The translations under genes and the position numbers were made by a program. Positions 50,595 to 62,234 of a stretch of 64,000 nucleotides of DNA are shown in pieces. Source of the DNA: Adineta vaga (Eukaryota; Animalia; Rotifera). The stretch spans positions 13,516,001 to 13,580,000 of the forward strand of contig CP075493.1 of the NCBI GenBank assembly GCA_021613535.1. The letters are read 5' to 3'. Every line of letters starts with the position of its first letter. The stretch's first letter is position 1. The notes under the pieces are model-generated. The model ran no database searches. It was given only the letters and a program-made list of their open reading frames with translations, and was not told where the DNA came from.

Positions 50595-50953
50595 ACTGTT
50601 TAAAAATTATGTGAATACGTCGATATTCTTTCCTTTCTGCGTCGACACTGAATATATTACATTTTTCTACATTCTTTCTTCACAACACAACCGGAGAGTA
50701 AGATTAACTTCGCTGAAAAAGTCATATTTTCTTTTTCATTCTGTTTATCTAGTGGCGCACGACACGTTTACGAGAAATCAGAGAGAAAACAAGCGGCTGA
50801 TGTCACGAAAGAGAAAAAAACAGTGACAAATAAAGCACGATTGACATATGTGCAAATTTGAACTAACAACGAGGCGTATATAAAAGCATGAGAGAAAGAA
50901 AAAAAAAGACTCGATTGACATTAAGCATTTCTTGATATATTCTACACACGATC

Positions 50954-51766
50954 ATGGGCATCCTTTCTGGAAAACCAATTGAAAACGCCGCTAATACAAT
51001 ATCTCAAAGAGGAGAGTCATCCGTCACGTATTTTACTGATAGAATGGGAACTATATCTACGGAAATCACAAGTACGGTAACATATGAATCAGGACAATGG
51101 AGACCAGTTGTAACGGTTGCTGCTGAAAATGTTGGTCAAAATTTCATGCGTGGCACTGTTGCATATATTTTTAACAATCGAATCGGCCAGTTTTTGCTTG
51201 GATCCCTAGGATGTTATTTTGCATTGCGAAGTTTCATTTTACTACAATCACTTATCGAATATATTACATATATGTATATGAATGTAATATTGGTCGAAAA
51301 TGACCAGTTCAATTATCTTAAGTATATGAATCGTCATACTTTATTTCTATTTTTCTTTACTGTGGCGATTCTGTTTGCCTCAACAATCCGATCGAATTTG
51401 AATGAAAACATTTTTCTTTTGCAAGTGATCATATTTGATCTGTACTCAATAATCAAAATTATGTACTGTGCAATATACTTTCGTACTTCACTCTATGATT
51501 TATTACTATGGTTAATCGTATTTTGTATTATTCTGATTATTAATATAAAAGATTATCATTCCACTAAAGAACAGAAGCTCTGCTTATGTATATTTAGCTT
51601 GGCCGTTATCGATCTGTTGGCAAATATAATTGTGTTAATAATTCCCTATCTTTTACCAATTGGTACAATTTTGGCGACATATATCTACAAATATTGGATA
51701 TTCACAATAGGCCTTACGTCAGCTTTGGGTATATTATTGGCTCTGATACTGCTCTGTCGGAAATAA
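50954..51766 (+). CDS. Hypothetical multi-pass membrane protein
   Basis: 270-aa ORF with a hydrophilic N-terminus and about six hydrophobic segments; TATATAAAAG at 50877-50886 upstream. Confidence 0.6.
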   Translation: MGILSGKPIENAANTISQRGESSVTYFTDRMGTISTEITSTVTYESGQWRPVVTVAAENVGQNFMRGTVAYIFNNRIGQFLLGSLGCYFALRSFILLQSLIEYITYMYMNVILVENDQFNYLKYMNRHTLFLFFFTVAILFASTIRSNLNENIFLLQVIIFDLYSIIKIMYCAIYFRTSLYDLLLWLIVFCIILIINIKDYHSTKEQKLCLCIFSLAVIDLLANIIVLIIPYLLPIGTILATYIYKYWIFTIGLTSALGILLALILLCRK

Positions 51767-52023
51767 AAACGTGAAAGAAAGTTAATGTACACTCGTCGTG
51801 CAAAGAAGGCCTGGTGAAGACAATGGAAAGGAACATAAAATCTACTTAGAAACAGTTAATTCCTATTTTCATTTCATATACACATTTTGAACTAGCTGCT
51901 CGTTTTCTTGTATGATTTGATTTTAAGAATGAGCATGAATGTATAAAAACAAAGAATACAAATTGAAAGTTATCGTGTTATAATTATTGAGATTAAGAGC
52001 GCGAGTATGATATATGCTTCGAC

Positions 52024-52050
52024 TATATATATATATATATATATATATAT
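52024..52050. repeat. (TA)n microsatellite
   Basis: 27 nt of alternating TA. Confidence 0.95.
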
Positions 52051-52421
52051 GAATTCTGCTTGAATATTTCATCATAGTTTATCATTCTTCTCTTTTTCTA
52101 ATCAACTATTCTTGAACTTCTTGTATTATTTACCGAACGCTTTCCTAATAAATATTGCAAATACCAATTTATGAAAAATTTCTCAATGATTTACAGATTT
52201 TATTTATTTATTGAATATTAAATTGTTTATACTTACTATCCAACTTCATCAAGAGTTATTACATATTCATATATTTATAGTAAAAATACATTTTATTTAA
52301 GAAAGAGTGATGTTAAATCTACATCCCGAACCACGTTACCTACACACGTATAATACTCTAGAGAAATGGTTGAACGAATTACCAATTGCATTACAATTTT
52401 AAAAAAAATGTAACTATGCAT

Positions 52422-53348
52422 CTAATCACGTTTACAAAAATAGAACCATCTATTCATTAGTGACTGAGTCGATTTTCGAAATGTTTTCCGGAACATACTG
52501 CTCGAACCATAATTGATATAAAAGGTCATACCAAACTTTGAGTAATAGAGTAAAATGCTCATTTGTTGAATAAAATATTCAATTTGTTGCTGTTCGATAC
52601 TCTTCTTCGCAGAACTCATAATCACATTGTATGAATAAGTAATACCACGTTGCATTCCGATTACAGCAGAAATAGTAGCCTGTACAAATATTAGAATGAG
52701 TAATTGTCTATTTATCCGATGTCGAACTACGGAAATAGGAAAAACGCGATTTTTCGATTGATGTATGTGGATCCATGTCATGATGCCAAAAATAAACATG
52801 CCTCCATCAGGAATAAGAAAAGCAAAAACATTACCATAAACAGTGACAATGATTGTTTCGAGACCAGGTAACGGTGCACATGTTCCATTACGAAGATCAA
52901 ATATGATCAGTTGAAACATCCCAGAAATCAATATAAAAAGCATACTCATGATGAAAACACGCCGAGCAAACCACATCGAACTCAACCGTCGCCAATGAGC
53001 ATGTGGTGATGTCGATACACATCGATCAAATGTTGCTAGTAGAAGACATGTTGAAGCCATTGCTGGTAAACAGACAAGAGAGTAACCACGTATTTTACAA
53101 ATACCACGATTAGTAACATTCAAGTTGTTACCAAAATATTCTGTAGCCAAACGAATGATAATGCCAAAATTACTGAAGAATAAATCAAGTGAAGAAGAAC
53201 AGATTAAATAAAATATGCAAGTTTTTGTTCGAAAGTCTTTTGATAATAATGTGATAAGGTTAAGAATATTTCCAATTATTCCAATAATTAATATAGTAAA
53301 GAAACCGTAGATAATGAGATAACGTGTGATATCTGCTAGTGATATCAT
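52422..53348 (-). CDS. Orphan rhodopsin-like 7TM receptor (paralog of 59635-60594)
   Basis: GIIGNILN, CIFYL, ICKIR, LATFDR, RQL, FYI..SS.MFRK. Confidence 0.85.
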   Translation of the reverse strand: MISLADITRYLIIYGFFTILIIGIIGNILNLITLLSKDFRTKTCIFYLICSSSLDLFFSNFGIIIRLATEYFGNNLNVTNRGICKIRGYSLVCLPAMASTCLLLATFDRCVSTSPHAHWRRLSSMWFARRVFIMSMLFILISGMFQLIIFDLRNGTCAPLPGLETIIVTVYGNVFAFLIPDGGMFIFGIMTWIHIHQSKNRVFPISVVRHRINRQLLILIFVQATISAVIGMQRGITYSYNVIMSSAKKSIEQQQIEYFIQQMSILLYYSKFGMTFYINYGSSSMFRKTFRKSTQSLMNRWFYFCKRD

Positions 53349-55162
53349 ATTGATCGAATGTAATCTTACTTTTAATAATCTGATAAAAAATGAAACTAAA
53401 CGCGTATGTACCGAATATAGAGTACTACTTATAAGGATAAATTTCTTTTTGTTTAGTTGACAGTAAAAAGTAACTTTTATTCTTTTGGTAAAATAACAGA
53501 TATAATATTATTTTCATATAAAAATATACGATGAGAATGTGGAACGATGACAAATTATGTATACTTATTCGAACTGAGAGCCGTTGCATTCCTGATTTTT
53601 AAAGCTTTTTCTCTTTTTTTAATTGACATGCCTCTTATAGATTTTTTTCCATAATTATATAAAAAGATCGTATCATTAATTAAACTGATTGTTAATCTAC
53701 ATTTTCATATAAACATTTATATATAGAGTGGATGGACGATATTACCTCACAATTTTTTACTTTCGTAATAAATCGTTGATATTTCGACTTCTATGCATCT
53801 GTTTGAGTTTATGTTTTGATTACGGAATCGAGCGAACATTTCTCTATCGATCTACATAACTTTTAATCAAAAATACCAAAACACAACTGACCACTGATCG
53901 AAACAAGAAGACCTACCTCAAATTTCTTTCGTTTCTTCTCTCTTCCTAATCGCATCTTTCCAGCAAAAATGTACAGAACCATTCGAAAAAACATGATTTT
54001 GGGTAGAAAATTGTAACGTTTTAGGTCAAAAATTATTCGCGATCAGAAAAACAGATGTCGTTGCTACCCGAAATTCGGAATTTGAAGAAATGGTCAATAG
54101 AAGAAAGAAAGATTAAGTGAAGGGCTATGCGATTATATAGGTGGAATATGAGTTTTCCCTTCTCTGTTTCTCGAATTAGTCCTCAAAAAAGCCATACATT
54201 TAGTGTATGTACCCTCGCACAACTGTTGTCAATTTTTCGTTGTATCTTTTTGCGCTTTTTGTATAATCTTATTTATCTGGTGTTTCTGTTATTATTCAAT
54301 TCAAATAAAATACTTCTTTTTTCTCAGAAAACCTTTTTTTCACAACGTTTCCTTAAGCTTCTACCATTGATAAACATCGTGTGTCTGATCGAGGAAAAAT
54401 GAGCATTAGAAGTACGGTATGATTAACTTCCAACTATATTGTCAGATAGTCCTGAAAAATGTTTGCTCTATTCCGCAATCAAAAAATAAACTCAAATGGA
54501 TGTAGGACTGCTGAGATAGTAAGACGTTTTTGAAAGAAATTGAAATAGATGATGTAATATCGTCTACCTGCTCTATATAGTAGCATTTGAAATAACGTTT
54601 TTTTGAATCTTCTTTTCGTACTATTCAGAGAAAGATAATTAGAGTTATTCCATCCGAGCAATCTTTATTTATGAAAGACGGCATTTGTAAGTGTCACACA
54701 ACTTGTTTCTTTTCTATATTGTTGTTGATATTCATATGGATTCGATTATAAATGATTTATTAATATTTCCGGTTAGTTACCCATAATTATTCCAACTATA
54801 TGGTCATAATAAAATATATTACATTTCCTAACGGATTGTTAGAAGTTAATTCGACGTAAATTCTCCAAGAAAAATGCTTAAAGAAACAATTTCACACTAG
54901 CGACATCTATTCCATATCTTTCGTAAACGACTTTTTTCTCAAAAACAATATATTCTGAAAGAGTGACTCAAACTCTGTTGATTTGAAAATAAATTCGAAT
55001 GAAATTCATTTCTAATGCGCATGTTTTTTCCAATCAAAACGGAAGTTCTTTTTTTTAGAACGTCATAATATCCTTATTGGTTCTGATCCATTGACGTCAG
55101 ATATCTAAATACATAAACACTTAGTGCGTTCTTCCACTAACTTCGATATATACTAATTAGAC

Positions 55163-57061
55163 ATGATAAACAACACAACTCAATATTTCAAAGGTAAAAC
55201 AGTGCAAAAATTTGCATATCTTTGCAAATAAATTTTCTCAAATAGATTCAGATGAATATCAGCAAGTATTTAATGAAGAACTGAATATAATTATCAATCA
55301 TTGTAGTCGATTTAAAGAAAAACTTATCGAAGAAAAAGAAGATTCACAAGATCATTCATTAATCGAACAAATTAATCAATGGGAAGAAAATTCCATTGAA
55401 AAAATTCAACAAACAGCACAAAGATGTCGAGACCTTGTTGTTGAATATAGAGAAACATTTTTTTATGATATCGAACAAAAATTTAGTCAATTATTTGAAC
55501 GAATTAATGAAATTCAGAAAGAAGCTAAATTCGATGAAACGGATTTGAATGAATTCAAACGAAAATTAATGGCTCTAGGTGAAAAATTGAGTAATCCAAT
55601 AATTATTTCGATTCAAAAACATGCGCAATCATTTATTCATCCAATTTCGGTTATTTCATCGAAAAGTAAGTTCAAATTGCAGTGGCACGAAACTTTTTTG
55701 AGACAAAGATATATTCCACAACAAGATACAAAAAAAAGTATTACAATTTCATATCAAGTCTTTGCCAGATTAGAATTATTATTATCAATAAAATTAATTT
55801 TTTGTTTCTTTTTAAGTTTCAACAGATATTTCACTTACTATGACAGGTATTCTATCTATATTTTTGAATAGATAGACTAATTCTTCTTATGTAAATATCT
55901 TATAATCCTTCACTACTCATACCATTAGTACCAGCAATTCTTCTCACTCCTATTCGTACGAATTCAGCACAAATAAAACTTTTTTTGTTTATATATCAGA
56001 TTTTCATTATTTATCACTTTGTTTTCATTAGATCGGTCATCAACCACTCAAAAATCATCATTTCAAGAAAACGGTAAATTTCGTTGTTGGATTTTCTTTT
56101 ACAATTCAAATTTTTAGAATCAACTTTCAAAGAATATGGAAATATTATAGCTGGAGGAAATGGCAATGGAGGAGAATTAAATCAGCTCTATCATCCCGGT
56201 GGTATCTTCGTTGATAAAAACAAAACAATTTTTATTACTGATTGGGGAAATAATCGTATTGTTGAATGGAATTGCGATGCAAAACAAGGACAAATCATTG
56301 CAGGTGGAAATGGACAAGGAAATCAGATGAATCAGTTATATCGACCGACAAATATCATTGTTGATGAACAAAATCATTCACTTATTATTGCTGACTCAAT
56401 GAATAAACGCGTAATTCGATGGTTTAATGATCAGCAGACGCAAGAAATTCTCATCGAAAATATTTACTGTTGGGGTTTAGCGATGGATAAAAATCGATTT
56501 CTGTATGTTACTGATACAGAGAAGAATGAAGTTAGAAAATGGAAAATAGAAAAGATTAATGAAAACAAAGAAGGAACATTAGTTGCAGGTGGAAACGGAA
56601 AAGGAAATCAACTTAATCAATTTAATCATCCTACTTTCATTTTTGTTGATGAAAATCGATCTGTTTATGTATCAGATTCGAAAAATCATCGTGTGATGAA
56701 ATGGCAAAGAGATGGAAATGAAGGAATTATTGTAGCTGGAGGAAATGATGAAGGCATTAATCTCAATCAATTATCGCATCCTCGAGGATTATTTGTTGAT
56801 CAAATGGGACACATCTATATCGCAGATTGGGGAAATCATCGAATAGTAAGATGGGGTAAGGAAAATGTAGAAGGTGAAATTATTGTTGGCGGCAACAGAA
56901 AAGGACATGGGTTGAATCAACTGAATAGTCCTAGTGGTTTATCATTTGATTTGGAAGGAAATCTTTATGTTGCAGAATGGAGAAATCATCGAATTATTCA
57001 ATTTGACAAATTCGTCGAAAAAACTTTCAATGGAAAACGAAAAAAAATAAGCAACTTTTAG
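55163..57061 (+). CDS. Cytoplasmic coiled-coil plus NHL-repeat protein (TRIM-NHL-like, no RING seen); 4 exons
   Basis: Exons 55163-55193, 55246-55665, 56032-56073, 56118-57061 in frame. SLIEQINQWE..SIEKIQQTA coiled coil; repeated AGGNG.G..LNQL..P motifs. Confidence 0.8.
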
Positions 57062-57148
57062 TTTTATATAAAGAGTATTTTTAATATTTTTTTAAAAAGA
57101 AAAAAGATTTTTTATTTTTAAATTTTGTTGCATTAGCTTATATCCTTA

Positions 57149-57187
57149 GGGTGAAGGTGTGAATCTAGGTATATCACATCTACACCC
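57149..57187. repeat. Diverged telomere-like hairpin between convergent genes
   Basis: GGGTGAAGGTGTGA and TCACATCTACACCC are complementary at 12 of 14 positions. Confidence 0.65.
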
Positions 57188-57202
57188 AAGCATACCAAAT
57201 AT

Positions 57203-58433
57203 CTATAATTCAATACCATACACCCAACGAAGATCGTCGATATTAATATTTTTACGTAACATCTCGTTTCTTCGTTGGCATTCTTCTGCTTGTATGCACA
57301 CTCTTGCTTCACCTTGACGTCTAGCTGCTTGAGCAAGATGTGTCGTTCGTGTCTTACGTAGTTGTGTGTAATTTTCAAACGCATTAATATGATTGTCGAT
57401 GTTTGATTTCCATAATTTGATAAGATAATAGGCATCTTCCATTGCTTGATTAGCTCCTTGTCCAAGATGAGGTGAAGTAGCATGTGCTGCATCACCTACC
57501 AATACGACATGATCTTTGTACCATGTCGATAGTTCCGGTCGATCATATAAACCAACTTTAATTAAACGAGATGTATTCGAAATGAGCTTATCAACAGGTG
57601 ATGCCCATTCAGCGAAACCACATTCTTGAATGAATTTCAGAATTTGTTCGTTACTTATTGATCGCCAAGATTCGTTATTAGCAATTGGTTCACGATATGT
57701 ACATGCAAAACATGCTTCTTTCGAATTAAATGGATAAGTTATAAAATGTGTTCCTTTGTCACCATAAACATTGAGTATTGTCGATCGATCTAATTGATCT
57801 ATACGATCACTAATACCGATTGTTTGAGTAAGACCAGTATAAGTTGGTTGATCAAAACCAAATAAACGTTGTCGAACAGTTGAACGAAGTCCGTCGGCAC
57901 CAACAAGATAATCGCCCGTTACTTTAGAACCGTCTTCAAACTGAACATTTACATGGTCATCGGATTGAGATAATTCACATAGAGATTTATTAAAATAAAC
58001 AGGAATTATTTGACGATTCAATTCATCATGTAATAAACGTAAGACGACTGTACGTTTTACACCCATAGAGGATATCCGAAATGTATCGAGTAATTTTCGA
58101 TAGAATATTCATTGATTATAGTACCATCCGATGTTCGGTGAGAAAGATAATCTAATGGTGCTCCATGTGATAGAAATTTTTCAACCAAACCAGGTATTTG
58201 TGCTAGAATTTTTAGACCATTTGGAGCTAATGCGAGTGAACCCTACACATCAAAGATTTTTTCATAAATATATAGAATATATTAAGTACTAAATCGTTCA
58301 TACTTACTCCAACATCATCAAGAGCTATTACACGTTCATAAATTTCTGGAGAAAATCCATTTTGTTTAAGAAAGAGTGACGTAAGTGAACCAGCTATACC
58401 GCCACCGATTACAATTACTTTTTTACCAGACAT
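57203..58433 (-). CDS. FAD-dependent monooxygenase (salicylate-hydroxylase-like); intron 58307-58243; apparent 1-nt frameshift within ~58067-58108
   Basis: VIGGGIAG, L.PNG, LVGADG..S.VR, LVGDAAHATSPHLGQGANQAMED. Exon 2 is 1040 nt (not a multiple of 3) and there is no AG acceptor in the switch zone. Confidence 0.8.
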
Positions 58434-58854
58434 TGTGCGGTGTAGAAGCGTATTTTTATTAATGTAATTCAAAAAATTTTGTTATCAGTATTCTTTGTTT
58501 AAGATTGGTGAATGGGGAGAACGTGTAAATTTCTCATCAATGTCTTATTCAATCATAGACTATCATTAGATGTCGCACTATCATCTTAAATATCAATATC
58601 TTTATATATTGTTTCTTTTGAGAGTCTGGATGTGCCTATGGATAAAAACACCTATCTGAAAGAGAACTAATTGGTGGATATATAAATCATTTTATTGAAA
58701 ACTAAGAGAATACATCATATCGAAGAATCTATAATGCGAGCAGTACAAAAGACAAACATATAAGTAATGAGGAGACATACTATACAGTTTCTGAATACGC
58801 TTTGATCAAACGAGAAACATAAATACTCACTTATATCTAGTTTAGATTTGAGTG

Positions 58855-59196
58855 TATTTACAAAAATTAAACCATCGATTCCTAAGTGATTGCATCGATT
58901 TTTTAAATGTTTTTCGTAACATAGTGCTCGAACCATAACTGATATGAAAGGTCGCAATAAACTTGTTAAATGAAATATTCAATTTGTTGTTGTTCGACGC
59001 TCTTCTTTACAGAACTGGTAAGTAAATTGTATGCAACTGCACTAGATCGTATGACTCCGATTACAATGGACACAGAAGCTTGTGCAAGTACTTAAAATGA
59101 GTAACTGTCGATTTATTCGTTGGTTGCCCTGTGTCTGATTATCCACATAAGTACTCAAAGGAACCCGATTTTTCGATTGTTGTATGTGAATCCATA
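58855..59196 (-). pseudogene. 3' fragment of a third copy of the 52.4/59.6-kb receptor family
   Basis: Aligns by eye to the TM5-to-C-terminus part of both paralogs (WIHIQQSKNRV, RQLLI, KKSVEQQQIEYFI) with a deletion and a stop; the 5' part is missing. Confidence 0.8.
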
Positions 59197-59634
59197 TCTC
59201 GGTTGAACGAATGCATTAGTTTTGTTGAGTAAATAGATTAAAATGAAAAATTCTATGTGCAGTAATGTTGAAGTATATAATGGAGAGGCAATTATAGATG
59301 CATTTTGTGTGAATATATTTTACAAAACTAGAATAGTTGCTCAGCACTTATAGAAATAAACGGGTACATATGCGTTTCAATTCAACTTTGAAGTGCTTTA
59401 AGATATATTAATGTGTTTTTAATGAATAAGTGAATCTGTTTTCGTTACATTAAATTCATTTTTAATAACAGCATAGTCAAATGCGTACGAATGCATCGAG
59501 GGTATAATAAGTGAGATATGAATACATTACACACAATCGCATAAGATAGAAAAAAGTGTACGTGTATATTTTTGAAAAAGATAATATTTTCTTTAATCTA
59601 CGACGAAACATATTTACTTATATTTAGGATGAGT

Positions 59635-60594
59635 TTAATCACGTTTACAACGATGAAAGCATCGATTCATTAATGATTCCATGGATTTTTTAAATACTTT
59701 TCGAAACATACTGCTCGAACTATAATTGATATAAAAGGTCATACCAAACTTTGTGTAAAAAGTGAGAGTGCTTATTTGCAGAATGAAATATTCGATTTGT
59801 TGCTGTTCGATACTCTTCTTCACAGAACTCGTAATCACATTGTATGAATAAGTAATACCACGTTGCATTCCGATTACAGCAGAAATGATAGCCTGTACAA
59901 ATATTAGAATGAGTAATTGTCGATTCATTCGTTGAATACGAACTGTCTGATGACTGACCTCAGTAGTCGTAGTAACACGATTTTTCGATTGATGTATGTG
60001 GATCCATGTCATGATGCCAAAAATAAACGTGCCTCCATCAGGAATAAGAAAAGCAAAAACATCACCATAAACAGTGACAAGGATTGTTTCGAGGCCAGGT
60101 AATGGTGCACATGTTCCATTACGAAGATCAAATATGATCAGTTGAAACATCCCAGAAATCAATATAAAAAGCATACTCATGATGAAAACACGCCGAGCAA
60201 ACCACATCGAACTCAACCGTCGCCAATGAGCATGTGGTGATGTCGATACACATCGATCAAATGTTGCTAGTAGAAGACATGTTGAAGCCATTGCTGGTAA
60301 ACAGACAAGAGAGTAACCACGTATTTTACAAATACCACGATTAGTAACATTCAAGTTGTTGCCAAAATATTCTGTAGCCAAACGAATGATAATACCAAAA
60401 TTGATGAAGAATAAATCAAGTGAAGAAGAACTGATTAAATAAAATATGCAAGCTTTTGTTCGAAAGTCTTTTGATAATAATGTGATAAGGTTAAGAATAT
60501 TCCCAATTGTTCCAATAATTAATATAGTAAAGAAACCGTAGATATTAATATAAAGCGTTATTTCTGTCAATAGTACCATATTAATCGAATGCAA
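59635..60594 (-). CDS. Orphan rhodopsin-like 7TM receptor (paralog of 52422-53348); ATG probably a few codons inside the ORF
   Basis: Same motifs as the 52.4-kb gene; central part identical at DNA level. Confidence 0.85.
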   Translation of the reverse strand: MHSINMVLLTEITLYINIYGFFTILIIGTIGNILNLITLLSKDFRTKACIFYLISSSSLDLFFINFGIIIRLATEYFGNNLNVTNRGICKIRGYSLVCLPAMASTCLLLATFDRCVSTSPHAHWRRLSSMWFARRVFIMSMLFILISGMFQLIIFDLRNGTCAPLPGLETILVTVYGDVFAFLIPDGGTFIFGIMTWIHIHQSKNRVTTTTEVSHQTVRIQRMNRQLLILIFVQAIISAVIGMQRGITYSYNVITSSVKKSIEQQQIEYFILQISTLTFYTKFGMTFYINYSSSSMFRKVFKKSMESLMNRCFHRCKRD

Positions 60595-61761
60595 CCATAG
60601 AATTGATAAAAGAAAACTAAAACTAAATGTGTTTGTACCGACGGAATAGAATGATCTTCATGAATGCGTTTCTTTTTTTCTTTCTGTAAAATATGTAGCT
60701 GATATTCCAAACGATGGCATTCTAATTTTCAGTCAGGCGAGAAGATAAGCTGAGAAATATCACTTGACTTCACATGCATAAAACTTTGAAAGAATTATAT
60801 TTTGAAATCTAAAACGACAACAAATAACACATTATATTTCCTGATTTTGCAACTTTTTCTTCTTTCTTTTCTAAAATACTATTTATATCTTTAATTGACA
60901 TCTATCAACATCAGCATCTTTGTTCATTCGATATAACCATATAGTAACTCGTTCTTGTTAAAACCCTTGTCGAGGTTGAATACTTGTTTCATGTCTTTTT
61001 TTTTAATAAACTCATTGTATTGTAATTAAATTCGGCATCAAATTTCAATTACATATCTCGTCATTATTTATTTGAAACCTCTCTAATTAGCTGGATGTTT
61101 TCTCTCATTTATAATCAGCCATCATCGGATTATGAAAGTATTCTTGGCTATGATATATTTTGATTTGTTTCAAATATATATCAATGAATCTTCTTATTTT
61201 TATTCAAAATAGAATGTTACTCAAAAACTGGGAAGAAGAAACGATAATTATCATTACTCTGTAGGTACAAAGACAATTTTACAAATCAAGTTCAACTGTT
61301 CAATCGACAATTTTGATGATTTTCTTCATCTGTGTAAGAATGCATGATGTAAACACACTCAAAGTTAATAGCGTAGGATAACTTCATTCCATTATAACTA
61401 TATAGATTTTGATATAAGAAAAAAATATGCATTTTGTTTCAATTCGATAAATATTTTATGTCAGAGATTGTTCTTAGGAAATTCATAGAAAAATTTACTT
61501 GTTTTTGAATTGACATTGTAAAGATTGTTTTTCCATATTTCCTATCACTACTGGTAAATAACTGGCTAATTGATTTCTTTTTCTCAGATTCTTCATCGTT
61601 ATCAACACTCATCATGTTCTTACAATCAGAGAAATGAATAGCATATGTTGTCTTATACTATGATAATATAGACAAAAAGAATGGAAGACAAATTCATTTA
61701 GAGATTATTTACTCAACATCAAATCATTTCTCTTTCATCTTTAAGATTTGATTTCACCAAA

Positions 61762-61966
61762 TGTACATGCAAAACATAATTCTTTCGATTTGAATGGATA
61801 TAAATAATAATATATGTTCCTCTTTTTCCATAAATGTTAAATGTCATCGATCGATCTATTGAACGATCACTATAGTAATGATTGGTTGATCAAAGCCAAA
61901 TGAAAAGTCGTCGATCAGAACTGACGAGATAATAATCAGTCAACATCAAACCATCTTCAAATTGAA
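61762..61966 (-). pseudogene. Decayed fragment of a FAD-monooxygenase paralog
   Basis: Colinear matches to 57697-57946: atgtacatgcaaaacat, tctttcga, tggata, tgttcct, ccataaa, tcgatcgatcta, acgatcacta, ttggttgatcaaa, tcttcaaa. Confidence 0.75.
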
Positions 61967-62234
61967 GGAGTGTGTATGGGCAATATATTTATCTGATATC
62001 TCATCCAAATCATGATTCGGAGGATACAATCATGAAATATGAACTGAAATGAGTAATCTGTATCTCAACATCGATTACCATTGCGACACAGATTGTATTA
62101 TAAATAATAACATAGTGCTCATGAATTTATTATTTATTGTAATTTTCAAACTATTAATTGACAGTTATCAAAGATCAAGAGATAATGTGATAGATTCATT
62201 TTTTTGATAATTGATGCTGTTATATAGTCATTTG

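Noticed and set aside
54428-54806. 17-nt direct repeat TTCCAACTATAT(T/G)GTCA about 360 bp apart
   Set aside because: Too short, with no LTR, TIR or coding features; possibly a decayed element but unsupported.
811-60102. Many short antisense or alternate-frame ORFs (e.g. 811-1071, 3724-4122, 17243-17434, 29134-29454, 54127-54402)
   Set aside because: They shadow real genes or are low-complexity F/I/K/L-rich products of AT-rich DNA, with no motifs.
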